Made by a program: the position numbers and the translations under genes. A stretch of 36,905 nt of DNA. It comes from a virus. Its lineage: Duplodnaviria; Caudoviricetes. The notes under the pieces are model-generated. The model worked only from the letters and a program-made list of their open reading frames with translations. It made no database searches and was not told the DNA's origin. The stretch lies in the IMG/VR virus record IMGVR_UViG_3300043756_000029, positions 1-36,905 of that record; one strand, 5' to 3'. This document shows, piece after piece, positions 23,601-33,703 of the stretch; positions within the stretch are counted from its first letter, which is position 1, and each line of letters begins with the position of its first letter.

Positions 23601-24141
23601 CGGGCAGCTGGTCGACGAAAACGGCAACGCGATCACCAGCCTGGAGGATTCGGGCGTCAGCTTCGCGATGACGATGTCGCAAGGGTTCCAGGCGATGATC
23701 GACAGCGTCGAAAAACTCACGACGGTGATTTCGCGCAGCCTGGGCGTCGCGCTGGACACGACGCGGCAGCAGCTGACGACGATGCCCCGGTCGCTGTCGG
23801 TCGACGTCCAGTACAACGATCCCGGCTTCCGCGCGCCGGCCGTGAACCTGGACGCGCTCGACGTGCCCGGCTATCAGGAAGGCACGAAGGGCCGGTTCGT
23901 CGACTTCGGGCGCGGGTCGCTGGTCATGCTGCACGAAAAAGAGGCGGTCGTGCCGCAAGGCGAAGCCTTGCAAGCGATCGGCGCGGCCCCGGTCGAAGCC
24001 GGCGGGGCCAACGTGTCGATCGTGATCCAGGCGCAGGGGGCGTTTTTCGACACGCCCGGCGACCTGCAGCGGCTGGCCGACAAGGTCAACGCGGCGCTGA
24101 CGCAAAAGTACGGGACAACGACGCGCATGCGGGCGGCGTGA
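20677..24141 (+). CDS. Tape measure protein (1154 aa)
   Basis: Long Ala-rich helical ORF after TAC; C-terminal 'GT.G...DFG.G..VMLH..EAVVP'. Confidence 0.93.
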   Translation: MPTVNAKFTADFDSFFAAVQRADYELKLFSSQTSTTGDALGSMVDRFSGIRIIEQATLMTRAIDEVGGVSQLTAKELAEVGRVANEAVDKIKAIGGTPPADMLKLADATKAAAGGTDLWSGALKTATGFLGALGIQTSLQGVINFGKEILDTADATVKMAQQTGMTVDEVQRLQAVSDQTSVPMARLTAAVQTLEEKLGKEGANSGAAAALRRLGIGYAEFMQATPYDQLLMISDGFQGVTSETDRAAIGTALFGKNWRQIIPALLADMRDIADTAPVMSDATIKAYDDMHASVKRFWTDTVVLTGESVGTILKFLGTLGAQFNENMRNVRAAIGTATPDDLKKLQDATRAASDEAYGFGEAWKASGATEQAFTVRQNAIAMKEFREQGVQPLTLSLTDTAAAEQALTKSALASIDANKEHKKATDAAAKAQADFRDAMKAAADFAKPMADQLDSINGAVVAGAIALNENGMRWDQIRVLYGLTAGQMKAVEQAAKDQAKAVSDSAKAAADAAKAEQQHAEALQTAEYLARPLVDRLGELDTATVDAAKAALAHGLNLKDVAAAYGLSADAARSVQEAYKAGIDQQKEYDKWVKDTAADAEKAYKAWSDAQDKTIKTTNDYYDKTTALHETAMQKIDREWANAYLSLPDQLEVGSALWQKAVDAIDAYYSASLEDMKNKTKGFGDYLSTTMPKAILSAFQGGGDVGKTIGATIGTGLTTAETTIGKTITDNVSKLPGLLGSSLGTIVGPLGTLAGGFVGDLIGKMFGSNPEKEVNKVRQAFVDASGGLDQLNRKAFDAGMTLNDLLGAKNMDQYTAAVDKLNAAFGAKDQLDTARDGYIAIAGGIDALTEHAYTAGTSLDAMLNAKSVDDYNAAMQGLSDAFAFQDQALSDVVSTASKYGITLEQLGPALQKQELDKQAQQLFKDFETLNAAGIDTQVIATGMADSINEYVNRALRMGTEIPIAMKPMLEDMVRTGQLVDENGNAITSLEDSGVSFAMTMSQGFQAMIDSVEKLTTVISRSLGVALDTTRQQLTTMPRSLSVDVQYNDPGFRAPAVNLDALDVPGYQEGTKGRFVDFGRGSLVMLHEKEAVVPQGEALQAIGAAPVEAGGANVSIVIQAQGAFFDTPGDLQRLADKVNAALTQKYGTTTRMRAA

Positions 24142-24144
24142 CGT

Positions 24145-25053
24145 ATGGCAATGGATACGTTTAACCGGAACTTTCCGTATACGTCGGTCGTCGTGCCGCC
24201 GATCCCGCCGAACCTGGGCACGTCGCTGACGGTGCCGCAGGGGCATAGCGTGCGGTTTCCCGCCCCGCCGTTCAACGTCACGATCTGGCCGCAGGCGCTG
24301 CCGTCGACGGTCGACAACGCGGAGATCGTGCGGGTCACCGCGATCAATAACGACGTCTGGACGATCGTGCGCGTGCAGGAGGGCAGCGCGCCGCGCGCGA
24401 TCGAAGTGACCGATCAGATCGCCCAGACGCTGACCGTCAAGGCGCTGAACGATCTCAAGGCCGACCTAAACGCGTACGCCGCCGGGCAAGCGTCGACCGC
24501 GCAGACGAACGCGCAGAACTGGGTGACCGCGCAGGATTACTCCACGCGCGCCAACGTCGAGCAGCGGATTCAAGACTATTGGAATCAGGTGTTTTTTGCC
24601 GCCGCGCAGAACTGGGTGAACGCGCAAGGTTTCGCGCTGGCGACCTGGGTGGAGCAACGGATCCAAGACTATTGGGGCGCGATCTATCAACCGTGGGTCG
24701 TCGCGAACTTCGCGCCGCTGTGGCCGCGCGTGCACACCGACTGGACGGCCGGCTGGATTCAACCGAACTGCGACACGACCGACCTGTACAACATCTGGGG
24801 TCTTGATCAAAACATCGGCATCGCGGCCCCGGTCGGTACGGCGCACGAAGGGCAGCCGCTGATCATCCGGATCCGCGACGATTCGATCGCGCACGCGATC
24901 GGCTGGGAGACCGGTTCTCCCGGCTGGATGTCGCACAACCAGTACGCGCCGCTGCCGACCGCGACACCTGGCACCGGGCAGACGATCAATATGGGGTTTC
25001 GCTATAACGGCATCTGGGGCCGCTGGGCGCTGCTGTCGCTGACCGTCGGGTAA
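24145..25053 (+). CDS. Virion structural protein (fibre-like), with an internal 31-aa duplication
   Basis: 'AEIVRVTAI..D..TIVR.QEGS..R' module; repeated 'AQNWV.AQ......VEQRIQDYW'. Confidence 0.65.
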   Translation: MAMDTFNRNFPYTSVVVPPIPPNLGTSLTVPQGHSVRFPAPPFNVTIWPQALPSTVDNAEIVRVTAINNDVWTIVRVQEGSAPRAIEVTDQIAQTLTVKALNDLKADLNAYAAGQASTAQTNAQNWVTAQDYSTRANVEQRIQDYWNQVFFAAAQNWVNAQGFALATWVEQRIQDYWGAIYQPWVVANFAPLWPRVHTDWTAGWIQPNCDTTDLYNIWGLDQNIGIAAPVGTAHEGQPLIIRIRDDSIAHAIGWETGSPGWMSHNQYAPLPTATPGTGQTINMGFRYNGIWGRWALLSLTVG

Positions 25054-25884
25054 GTGATGCTGTCGAACATTCTGATCGTCGGCGGCGGGGGCGGCGGCGG
25101 CATGGGCACCGAGACGTACGGCGGCGGCGGCGGGGCGGGCGGCGTGATCCAGCTGGCGAATATCGACCTGCCGATCAACGACTACTACGTGCAAGTGGGC
25201 GCGGGCGGCGAGCGCGGGTACCCGCCGACGGGCGCGCCGTGGATCGGCACCCCGGCGAAACCCGGCGGGCAGTCGTCGTTCATTGGATACGTGGCCGCTG
25301 GCGGCGGCTTCGGCGGGATGAGCGCACCGACGGCAAGCTACGGTGCGGGCGGCAGCGGTGGCAGCGGCGGCGGGTCGACGCAGGGGCAGGCCGGCGGGGC
25401 CGGCGTCGCGGGGCAGGGCAACAACGGCGGCCGTGACGACGGCAGCGGGCAGTCAGGGCCGGGCGGCGGCGGCGGGGCCGGCAGCGCGGGCAGCAACGGC
25501 AGCGGGCAGATCGGCGGGCACGGGGGGCAGGGCGTCGTCGCGTGGGTCACCGCGTCGCTGTACTGGTACGCGGCGGGCGGCGGCGCGAACGGCCAGCAGT
25601 ATGCCGGCCCTAACGGCGGCGTCGGCGGCGGCGGCAATGGCGGGGCCGGCGGCAACCCCGGATCGAACGGCAGCACGCCGGGCAGCGGCGGCGGCGGCGG
25701 CGGCTACTGGGGCGCGAACGGTCAGGTGTCGATCGTTTATCTCACTGATCCGCGCTGGGCGGTCAGCGGCGGCGCGATCTGGACGTACGGCGGGTACACG
25801 ATCCACACCTTCGGCAGCGACGGCTGGTTCAGCGTGCGTCGCGGGCCGGCGACGCTGGTGCCCGACTTTTTTCTGATGCCCTGA
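25054..25884 (+). CDS. Glycine-rich-domain virion protein
   Basis: 'LIVGGGGGGG...GGGGGAGG', 'GG.SSF', 'YTIHTF..DG.F'. Confidence 0.75.
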   Translation: MMLSNILIVGGGGGGGMGTETYGGGGGAGGVIQLANIDLPINDYYVQVGAGGERGYPPTGAPWIGTPAKPGGQSSFIGYVAAGGGFGGMSAPTASYGAGGSGGSGGGSTQGQAGGAGVAGQGNNGGRDDGSGQSGPGGGGGAGSAGSNGSGQIGGHGGQGVVAWVTASLYWYAAGGGANGQQYAGPNGGVGGGGNGGAGGNPGSNGSTPGSGGGGGGYWGANGQVSIVYLTDPRWAVSGGAIWTYGGYTIHTFGSDGWFSVRRGPATLVPDFFLMP

Positions 25885-25886
25885 TC

Positions 25887-28415
25887 ATGTTCGGCGCGAT
25901 TGTTCTCGGGCAGTACTACGCAGGCGCGGCCGGCTTTTCGGCGGGCATCCCGCCGTCGGTGCCGGAGGGGCGGCGCGTGCCGCTGTACGCGCGGTCGGGG
26001 ATCGCGCGCAGCAATGCGACGCGATCGAACTACATCCGACCGAATATCACCGTGCTGCTGACGAAATATCGGTACCCCGACCCGCCAGAGATCGTCGACG
26101 TCAGCCCGTGGACGCGCGTGGGCACGCTGCAAGTGTCGCAGGCGCTGAACGACGAACCCGATCAATGCAGTCTGACGCTCACGCCCCTGCTGCCCGACGA
26201 ACACCTGCCGCAGCCGGGCGACAACATCGACGTCGGGCTGGCGACCGAGGGGTACTGGCCGGGCGATCCACTAGATGCCTATGCGAAACAGGTCAAAGCC
26301 GACGGCGCGGTCGCCTATTGGCGGCTACAGGAAACCAGCGGGGCGATCGCACACGATAGCGCGGGCACGTTTCACGGCGCGATTCGGCAGACCGTGCCGC
26401 CGGTCTACGGCGTGCCGGGGCCGTATTCCGGCACGACGGCGCTGCGGTTCAACGGCACGACAACGACGGGGATCACGATCCCCAACGGGGCGTATAGCGC
26501 GTGGGGCACGGGGCCGGCGACGCTGGAGTGTTGGGTGCGCTACATCGCCCCCCTGCCGGCGACCAGCGGCGCGCTGATCGACACGAAGACGGGCGGCGGC
26601 ATTGCGCCGTCGGGCCTGAACCTGCTGAGTAATCACCCCAACGGGAACCTGTACGCCTATCTGTCGAACGGCACGACGCTGTACGCCACGAACGCCCCCG
26701 GTGTCGTCGCGGCAGGGGCCGCCGACGGATTGTGGCGACACGTGGTCGTCGTGCTGGATCGCGTGGCGAACACCTGGAGGATCTATGTCAACGGGGTGCC
26801 GATGGGCACGCCGACGGCGATCCCGGCCGGCACGAACGTGACATCGACGAATCCCACCTATATCGGGGGCGAAGAGGCGGGGCTGATGCACGCGGGCGAT
26901 CTCGCCGAATGTGCCGTGTATCACACGGCGCTCACGCAGGCGCAGATCGTTCGGCATTATCAGCTGGCGCTGTCGATCCGCCCGCGCGAAACGCGCATCG
27001 CGGCGGGCCTGGAGTTCGCCGGCCCGATCGTGATCTCCGAGTATCAGCGGCGACAGATGAACGAGACCCCGTGGGTGAATCTGCAGTGTGCCGACTGGCA
27101 GTACTGGTTCGACGCGCAGCTGGTGAATTGGATCTGGCCCCGACAGTCGGCGACCGAAACGATCCGCGATCTGCTGTCGCGGTACGTGAACTTTTCGCAG
27201 ATCGCCGACGTGTCGTTGCTGACGCCGTTCACAATGGACTATGTCGCGCCCGACTTGCCGGAGTGTTCGTCGTTCACTGCGATCAACTGGCGGCCGTCGG
27301 ATGTGATGCGGCATCTGCTGACCGACATGGGCGGCGGCTGGTTCATCGACGCGCTGCGACGCGTGCACTGCTGGGCCGAGACGATTTACGAACCGCACAT
27401 CAGCAACCCGCGCCCGCTGACGAACTACCTGTCGACGCTCAAGACGTTCCGGCACCGCTACGACGTGACGCAGCTGCGGCGGCGGGTGATCGTCGAGGGC
27501 ATGGGCACGACGATCACGACCGACGTGCCGACGCTCAGTGGCGACTGGTACGGCGGCGGGATCCCGGTCGAAGACGTGCGGCCGTTCTGGCCGCAGGGCC
27601 GGGTGCGGCTGGGGGCACAGTGGGCGATGCAGTGGATCGCGCCGGCCGGCCAGCCGACGCGCCCGATCCAGCCGTCAGATCAGAACCCGTCGCAGGCGCA
27701 CGCGACGCAGGAGTACAGCGTCGGCGATCCCGCGATCTACGTCGATAACTTCGCGCCGTCGGCGTGGGGGTTGTCGAACGCGCAGGCCGGCTGGATCAAG
27801 GTCAACGAACAATTCATTCGCTATGAGTCGGCCGGGTGGGTCGGCGGCGCGTACGGCGTCGCCTTGTATCTCAGCGCGGCGATCGAATTCGGCAAGCCGA
27901 TCGCGCCGATCAAGGCCGGCGAGGCGGTCACGTGGGTACCGTGGATCGACACGTGGGCCGTCGACGCGCACACGGCGGGCTATGGCCCCGACAACATCCC
28001 GGCGTCGCGCATGCCCGTGCAGGCGACGCCCAGCGGCAGCGATGTCGTGCTGATCGCCGACGCCGTCGATCCCGATGCGAATCAGCCCTGGGCCGTGCAC
28101 CTGCCGCCGCTGGAGGCGCTGGTGCAAGACGATCGCTATGTCTACTCGGGCGCGACGTCGCGGGCGGCGTCCGACCTGACGTACTTTCGGACGCCGCTAC
28201 TCACGGCCGAATGGGAAACGACCGACTTTAACGCGCGGCCGGGGCGGTCGCAGGTGATCCACCTGGGCGACGCGCAGGTGCTCAACGCGCAGCTGCGGAT
28301 CAACAGCGTGACGCTCAGCTTCCCGAAGAAAGACCTAGCGCCGACGCGGCAGTGCACGGCGTCGACCGTGAAAGCGGCGACGCTGCTGGACGTCCTGACA
28401 ACGGATCAAGCGTGA
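25887..28415 (+). CDS. Large minor tail/hub protein with an inserted LamG (concanavalin A-like) domain
   Basis: LamG 'VAYWRL.E.SG..A.D', 'TLECWV', 'WRHVVVV', 'IYVNG', 'G.L.E.AVY..ALT..QI..HY' embedded in a beta-rich tail protein. Confidence 0.8.
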   Translation: MFGAIVLGQYYAGAAGFSAGIPPSVPEGRRVPLYARSGIARSNATRSNYIRPNITVLLTKYRYPDPPEIVDVSPWTRVGTLQVSQALNDEPDQCSLTLTPLLPDEHLPQPGDNIDVGLATEGYWPGDPLDAYAKQVKADGAVAYWRLQETSGAIAHDSAGTFHGAIRQTVPPVYGVPGPYSGTTALRFNGTTTTGITIPNGAYSAWGTGPATLECWVRYIAPLPATSGALIDTKTGGGIAPSGLNLLSNHPNGNLYAYLSNGTTLYATNAPGVVAAGAADGLWRHVVVVLDRVANTWRIYVNGVPMGTPTAIPAGTNVTSTNPTYIGGEEAGLMHAGDLAECAVYHTALTQAQIVRHYQLALSIRPRETRIAAGLEFAGPIVISEYQRRQMNETPWVNLQCADWQYWFDAQLVNWIWPRQSATETIRDLLSRYVNFSQIADVSLLTPFTMDYVAPDLPECSSFTAINWRPSDVMRHLLTDMGGGWFIDALRRVHCWAETIYEPHISNPRPLTNYLSTLKTFRHRYDVTQLRRRVIVEGMGTTITTDVPTLSGDWYGGGIPVEDVRPFWPQGRVRLGAQWAMQWIAPAGQPTRPIQPSDQNPSQAHATQEYSVGDPAIYVDNFAPSAWGLSNAQAGWIKVNEQFIRYESAGWVGGAYGVALYLSAAIEFGKPIAPIKAGEAVTWVPWIDTWAVDAHTAGYGPDNIPASRMPVQATPSGSDVVLIADAVDPDANQPWAVHLPPLEALVQDDRYVYSGATSRAASDLTYFRTPLLTAEWETTDFNARPGRSQVIHLGDAQVLNAQLRINSVTLSFPKKDLAPTRQCTASTVKAATLLDVLTTDQA

Positions 28416-29488
28416 CGGACTGGCCCGACTTCCCGCCGCCGTATCAGCGCCCGCCGTACCAGCCGGTGCCGCCGCCGACCCGATCGGGGCCGCCCGCCCC
28501 GCTGCGGCCGCGCGCGGCGGCGCGCATTCTGCGCACGCCGATGGTCGACGACGACGGGACGGGTCAAGTCGGCACCGTCGTGAATAACGACTGGAAGGAG
28601 GAACTCTACAACCAGATCGACGGGGCACTGGACACGGTCAGCTTGACACCCGGCCCGCCTGGGCCGACCGGCCCGCCTGGGCCGACCGGGGCGCAAGGCA
28701 ACACGGGCGCGACGGGCGCGACGGGTCCGCAAGGCCCGCAGGGCGATCCCGGTGCGACCGGGCCGCAAGGCCCGCAGGGGCCGGGCGGCACTCCTGAAAA
28801 TATCATCTGGGATAGCAGCCAAGGCGCGTACATCAACCTGACACCCGGCCGCAACCCGCACAACGTCGTGTTGACCGGTAACGAATTCTCGCTGGTCTGG
28901 GCGACGCCCGCCTGGATGGAAGGCGAACGCCTGCACATTACGGGCTGGCCGATCTTCGTGTGCGGGCATAACGCCACGACGGCGGGGAACGGTCATTTCC
29001 ACAACGGCCGCGTGCAAAGCGGCGCGCTGAGAATTCAAGGCGGGGTCGTCGGCTGGGTTGAATACGTCTGGTCGGGTAACGCGTACGGCTGGCGGCTAGT
29101 GTCGCAGTCACAAGGGGGCGTCTTCGAATCATCGGCAGACGGCGGCTGGTGGAGTAACGCGGGCGCGTCGTATTACGGCGGCGCGGTTCGATGGACCGTC
29201 GATGCGATGGCCGCGATCGTTCATCTTTGGTTCTATGCCTACGCCAATTTGACCGGCGCGGCCGGCGGGGCGTTGCTGTACTTCGGCCTGCCGATGAGTT
29301 ATCAGGCGCAGAGTTGGTATGAATCCTATCAGTTGATCCGCGTGTCGGGCAGCGGCGCGTGGCAGGGCAACGTCGGCATGGTCACGGCGAACGGCAACAC
29401 CTGCACCGTCTGGGCGTCGCCGGCCGGCCACGGCTTTAACGACGGCGAAGTCTGGGTACACGGCCACGCGAGTTTCCCAATTTCCTGA
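28412..29488 (+). CDS. Tail fibre with collagen (Gly-X-Y) segment and aromatic-rich C-terminal receptor-binding region
   Basis: GTGA overlap; anchor '[18 protein letters not shown]'; G-X-Y repeats at ~28650-28790. Confidence 0.8.
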   Translation: MTDWPDFPPPYQRPPYQPVPPPTRSGPPAPLRPRAAARILRTPMVDDDGTGQVGTVVNNDWKEELYNQIDGALDTVSLTPGPPGPTGPPGPTGAQGNTGATGATGPQGPQGDPGATGPQGPQGPGGTPENIIWDSSQGAYINLTPGRNPHNVVLTGNEFSLVWATPAWMEGERLHITGWPIFVCGHNATTAGNGHFHNGRVQSGALRIQGGVVGWVEYVWSGNAYGWRLVSQSQGGVFESSADGGWWSNAGASYYGGAVRWTVDAMAAIVHLWFYAYANLTGAAGGALLYFGLPMSYQAQSWYESYQLIRVSGSGAWQGNVGMVTANGNTCTVWASPAGHGFNDGEVWVHGHASFPIS

Positions 29489-29490
29489 TC

Positions 29491-30165
29491 ATGGCCGACG
29501 TCCCGCAAGACTTCCCGCCGCCGTATCAGCAGCCGCCGTATCAGCCGCCGCTGCCGCTGATCCGTCGCACGCCGGGCGTGGCCGCCGCGTTCGCCGGGCG
29601 CGCAACCGGCCCGCTGATCTTGCGCACGCCGATGGTCGACGACGACGGCACCGGGCAAGTGGGCACGGTGTTGAATGATGACTGGAAAGACGAACTGTAC
29701 AACCAGATCGACGACGTGATCGCGCGGGTCGTCAGTCAGATCACGGGCGTGATCGCATGGCAGACGGCGACGCTGCGCGCAGCAATCACTACACAGCAGG
29801 AGGAACAGATGGCGACGCAACCCCCACCGATGCCGACGCAACCCCCGCCATTCCCGGCGATGCCGACGACCGGCGGCGTCGGGCTGGCGGTCACGAAAGC
29901 CGAACTCGACGCACGCGCGGGCGGCATCGCGCGCACGTTTCAGCAGGCGTTTAACAACGTCAACACGTTGCGTGATTTCATTCGCTCCGTGGATCCTGCT
30001 GCGCTCACAGCGATGGGCTATTCGGCTGACGAAGTCACGCTGCTGAAAAATGCGATCGAAGACTTGGCGCAGTTCGGCAACATCTGGCGCGGCGAAGAGA
30101 TCGGCCCGCCGAACAAGGATTTCCGGTACCACGTGCAACGGCTGTGGGGGTTGGGCGCGTTCTGA
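29491..30165 (+). CDS. Second fibre-anchor protein; likely nested in-frame product from ATG 29809
   Basis: N-terminus duplicates the previous gene; internal SD AGGAGG before in-frame ATG 29809. Confidence 0.7.
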   Translation: MADVPQDFPPPYQQPPYQPPLPLIRRTPGVAAAFAGRATGPLILRTPMVDDDGTGQVGTVLNDDWKDELYNQIDDVIARVVSQITGVIAWQTATLRAAITTQQEEQMATQPPPMPTQPPPFPAMPTTGGVGLAVTKAELDARAGGIARTFQQAFNNVNTLRDFIRSVDPAALTAMGYSADEVTLLKNAIEDLAQFGNIWRGEEIGPPNKDFRYHVQRLWGLGAF

Positions 30166-30173
30166 GGTCTGTC

Positions 30174-31610
30174 ATGCCCCGACTGCGAACCAACTGTCGC
30201 CCCGACGATCTGCATATCACTGTGCCGCGTGGCGGCAACCTGCAGGCGGCCGTCAACGGCGCGCCCCACGGCGCGACGATTCGTGTGTATCCCGACACGT
30301 ACGACGGGCTGGTATTGCCGGCGCGCGACGCGCGACTGACGATCCAGCCCGACACGGCGGCGCTCGACGCGCTGGCCCGCGTGCATCCCGACATGGGCGA
30401 CGCGCTGATCAAACTGCGGCCGAATGCCGGCGGCACGGGATCGGCGGTCGTCGCGACCGGGGCCGCGCAAGGCTATCAGCTGATCGGCGTGCAGTGCCTG
30501 CCCGGCGATCCCGGCACGACGATGATCGCGATCGGCACGCCCGGCGCGACCGACGCCGCGCAGCTACCGCGCGACCTGACGTTCGATCGCTGTTTGCTAG
30601 TAGCCGACCCGGCGCGCGGCGGCCGGCGCGGCATTGCGGCCAACGGCGGCGAGTTCGCGTGCGTGCGTAGCTACTTCGACGAATTTTGGGACACGGCCGA
30701 CAGTCAAGGCATTTGCGGGTGGACGGGGCCGGGGCCGTTTCTGGTCGAGGATTGTTTCATCGCGGCGACCGGGCAGTGCGTCATGTTCGGCGGGGCCGAC
30801 AGCAGCCACGAACGCGTGATGCCGGCCGACGCGACGATCCGGGGCAACACGTTGACGAAACGACTGCACTGGCAAGGCGCACCGGGGCGCGTCGTGAAAA
30901 ACGGCTTCGAACTGAAAGCGATGCGGCGCGCGCTGGTCGAAAACAACGTGATCGAGTACGCCTGGATCAGCGGGCAAAACGGGACGGTGAACCTGTTCAC
31001 CCCGCGCAACCAAGACGGCGGCGCGCCGTGGACCGAGGTCGTTGACGTCACGTTCCGGTGGAACCTTGTAAGACATGGCGGGGCCGCGATCAACATTCTC
31101 GGCACCGACAACGTGCACCCCAGCGGCCCGACGGCGTGCCTGTCGATCACCGACAATCTATTTCTCGACATCGGCACGGCCGCGTGGGGGAACGGTCGGT
31201 TTTGGCAGCTGCAGGGCGGCTATGCGATCGCGTTTCAACGCAACACCGGGGCGATCGGGCCGATGAACAGTTTTCTCACGTTCGACGGCCCGCCGGTCGA
31301 AGGGCTGATCGTCACCGACAACATTCTCCCCGAAGCGGCGTACGGTCTGATCGGCAGCGGGCACGCCCCCGGCGTCGGCAGCTGGGCGGCGTACGTGCGC
31401 GACGGCCGATTCGACCGCAACGTGATCCAGCGCACCGGCAGCGCGGCGTACACGTATCCCGGCACGAACACGATCACTGATCCCGGTGCGTCGGCCCTTG
31501 GCCCCGACTACCGGCCGCTGCCGGCGTTCGCGCACGCCGGCTGCGACATCGACGAACTGCTGCGACGCATCCCGACGGACGCCTTGATCGAAGGAGTCTC
31601 CCATGCCTGA
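30174..31610 (+). CDS. Right-handed parallel beta-helix protein (pectate-lyase-like, candidate depolymerase)
   Basis: 'GGNLQAAVN.A..G.TI', Asn-ladder repeats 'IRGNTL', 'VENNVI', 'ITDNLF', 'VTDNIL'; SD GAGG before ATG 30174. Confidence 0.75.
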   Translation: MPRLRTNCRPDDLHITVPRGGNLQAAVNGAPHGATIRVYPDTYDGLVLPARDARLTIQPDTAALDALARVHPDMGDALIKLRPNAGGTGSAVVATGAAQGYQLIGVQCLPGDPGTTMIAIGTPGATDAAQLPRDLTFDRCLLVADPARGGRRGIAANGGEFACVRSYFDEFWDTADSQGICGWTGPGPFLVEDCFIAATGQCVMFGGADSSHERVMPADATIRGNTLTKRLHWQGAPGRVVKNGFELKAMRRALVENNVIEYAWISGQNGTVNLFTPRNQDGGAPWTEVVDVTFRWNLVRHGGAAINILGTDNVHPSGPTACLSITDNLFLDIGTAAWGNGRFWQLQGGYAIAFQRNTGAIGPMNSFLTFDGPPVEGLIVTDNILPEAAYGLIGSGHAPGVGSWAAYVRDGRFDRNVIQRTGSAAYTYPGTNTITDPGASALGPDYRPLPAFAHAGCDIDELLRRIPTDALIEGVSHA

Positions 31611-31767
31611 AAAGAAACCCGCGACCGAAGTGACCGATCCGCCGCTGCCCGTGCCCGAACCGTCGCGCGACGATCCGCACGATCTGCCGCCGTCGCCGAT
31701 GCCGCCTCCGCCGATTAAACAACCGCCGCCCCCGCCCGATCCGCGCGAACGCGGCGCGCAACGGTGA
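31603..31767 (+). CDS. Proline-rich 54-aa peptide
   Basis: SD AAGGAG; MPEKKPATEVTDPPLP...; TGA overlaps the next start; not in the supplied ORF list. Confidence 0.55.
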   Translation: MPEKKPATEVTDPPLPVPEPSRDDPHDLPPSPMPPPPIKQPPPPPDPRERGAQR

Positions 31768-32057
31768 CGCGTATGTTCGGCCTGTTCAACGATCCGCTGA
31801 CCGACACGAAAGCGATCGATCACACCGGCTTCGTGGAGTTCGTCCAGCTGCCCAACGGGTTCGTCGCGCTGAAAACGCACGACGGGCAGTTTGTCAGTCA
31901 AGTGCCGGGCCAGCGCGGCCGGTTCGAGAATAAACGCATGGATCACCCCGGCAGTCACGAAACGTTCGGCCGGTTCGGCAATGTCGTCACCAGCTGGAAC
32001 GATCCGGGGCCGGGGCCGATCTATTCGTACATCGTGGCGCAGCTGCCCAACGTGTGA
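31764..32057 (+). CDS. Small beta-rich protein with a fascin/beta-trefoil-like repeat
   Basis: 'GFVALKTHDGQFVS.....PGSHETF'. Confidence 0.55.
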   Translation: MTRMFGLFNDPLTDTKAIDHTGFVEFVQLPNGFVALKTHDGQFVSQVPGQRGRFENKRMDHPGSHETFGRFGNVVTSWNDPGPGPIYSYIVAQLPNV

Positions 32058-32061
32058 CCTC

Positions 32062-33135
32062 ATGGCGCATGCTGCCCTGTACGGCCCGCACGCCGACGTC
32101 GAGGGGCCGCCGACGCCCGGCGCGGAGATCGTCGTGCCCTACGAACCGCGCGGCCCGCTGCCGGCGCTGTGGCCGCCGACGTCGCAGAACTACGACCGCG
32201 CGCTGCCGTGGGTGCCGCCGCAGACGCGCGACTATCTGCGTGCCGATACGTGGTCGGTCGTCGTGCCCGGCTTGCCGTTTCTGCCGGGGCTGACGGCGTC
32301 GGAACACCCCGAACGGCTGCTGACGTGGTTTCTCCCCGAATGGTCGGACGACTGGAAGGATCGCGCCCTGCGCGAATATTGCCGGCGCGGGTACCGGCAC
32401 TTTTACCTGTCGGTGCCCGACCGCCGGCCGCCCGACATCCCGCAGCTGCAGGACGCCTGTCGGTTCGTGAAACGGTACCGCGCGTCGAACGCCCCGCACC
32501 CGCTGTACGTGCACATGATGCTCGGCACGAAGGTGTCGCAACCGCACGACATGAGCACCGACGAATGGAAGCGGTATCTCGATCCGCTGATCGACGCGCT
32601 AGTGCCGTCGCGGCTGGTCGATGAGGTCACGGCGGGGTGGGAGTGGAATTTATGGAACATTCCCAGCAACCGGGGCGGCCCGTCGGTCGACGTGCCGGTG
32701 TGGTTGGGGCAGCAGGTGCACCCGCACGGCGTGAGTAACTGGATGCACTTTGCCCCGCATTTCACGGCGTGGCATCAGGACGGATCCGATCGGTTCACCT
32801 ACTGGCAGCACCTGGGCGACGCCGTCGACGGGATCGACTATCAGGCCGTGTTCGAACAAGAACGGCACACGGGGCGATTCACGTGGACGATCGACGAGAT
32901 GCAGGCCCGCATCGTCGACACGCTGCGCCACTTCGGGCGGGAAGGGAACCGCTGGAAGTTTCGCCTGTTCGAATATCAGGCGTACTACGCCTTTACGCGC
33001 GACCAGCCCGACGAAGATCAACAAAATTTAGGCATGTTTCTCGGCAACTGCACGATCGACAACGTGTGGCACACCGACGCGCGCGTGTGGGGGTACGGCG
33101 GCGGGTCGCGTCGACCTGACGGGAGTTTTCACTAA
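32062..33135 (+). CDS. Putative glycoside-hydrolase-like (TIM barrel) protein, candidate endolysin
   Basis: Aromatic-rich alpha/beta pattern 'RGYRHFYLS', 'GWEWN', 'HF', 'DGIDYQ', 'LFEY'; directly upstream of a holin-like gene. Confidence 0.5.
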   Translation: MAHAALYGPHADVEGPPTPGAEIVVPYEPRGPLPALWPPTSQNYDRALPWVPPQTRDYLRADTWSVVVPGLPFLPGLTASEHPERLLTWFLPEWSDDWKDRALREYCRRGYRHFYLSVPDRRPPDIPQLQDACRFVKRYRASNAPHPLYVHMMLGTKVSQPHDMSTDEWKRYLDPLIDALVPSRLVDEVTAGWEWNLWNIPSNRGGPSVDVPVWLGQQVHPHGVSNWMHFAPHFTAWHQDGSDRFTYWQHLGDAVDGIDYQAVFEQERHTGRFTWTIDEMQARIVDTLRHFGREGNRWKFRLFEYQAYYAFTRDQPDEDQQNLGMFLGNCTIDNVWHTDARVWGYGGGSRRPDGSFH

Positions 33136-33278
33136 TGGACACGAACAAGCTGGTCGAAGAAATTGACTCGATCGGCGTCGGCGGCCTGATCGGCATCGCG
33201 TGGTATTTCTGGAACCGGCTGCAGCAGCTGGAGCGGCTGGTCGACACGCTGCGGCAGCGGCTGGAGGATCGCAAGTGA
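33135..33278 (+). CDS. Holin-like protein, single TM helix plus coiled tail (47 aa)
   Basis: TAATG overlap; MDTNKLVEEIDSIGVGGLIGIAWYFWNRLQQLERLVDTLRQRLEDRK; not in the supplied ORF list. Confidence 0.55.
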   Translation: MDTNKLVEEIDSIGVGGLIGIAWYFWNRLQQLERLVDTLRQRLEDRK

Positions 33279-33703
33279 CGCACGACGACTACGCTGCGAT
33301 CCGTCAGTCGACCCGCCGCGCGCAGCGGGCCGGCCTGCTACTGGTCGCGCTGAATCTAGGCTCGGCGCTGGGCTACATCGCGGCCTGCCACGCCACGCCG
33401 AATATCAAAACGCCGGAAGGGCAGATCGCCTACCGCGCTGATCAGGTCGTGCTGCGCGTGAACGACCTGCAGGCGACGACGATCGCGGCCGAACAAGCCG
33501 GCGACATTTCGACGGACATGGCGCGCGTGATTATTCAGACGTGCGTCAGCATGAACGAAACGCTCAAGACGACGCCGGCCGGGTGGCAGACGACCGTGCG
33601 CACGGCTTGGGCGGAAATGAAGTTTCTGATCGGCGTCGTGACCAACCGGGCCGTCAATGCGGCGCTGTCGATCGTCGACGCGATCCTAGAGGCGCTTTTA
33701 TGA
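33275..33703 (+). CDS. Putative lipoprotein (spanin-like position)
   Basis: Basic n-region, hydrophobic h-region, lipobox-like IAA-C; SD GGAGG. Confidence 0.6.
   Translation: MTHDDYAAIRQSTRRAQRAGLLLVALNLGSALGYIAACHATPNIKTPEGQIAYRADQVVLRVNDLQATTIAAEQAGDISTDMARVIIQTCVSMNETLKTTPAGWQTTVRTAWAEMKFLIGVVTNRAVNAALSIVDAILEALL

Noticed and set aside
28412-29715. Duplicated fibre segments as a DGR template/variable repeat or shufflon
   Set aside because: No reverse transcriptase or invertase; repeats are N-terminal and direct, with differences mostly synonymous rather than adenine-specific
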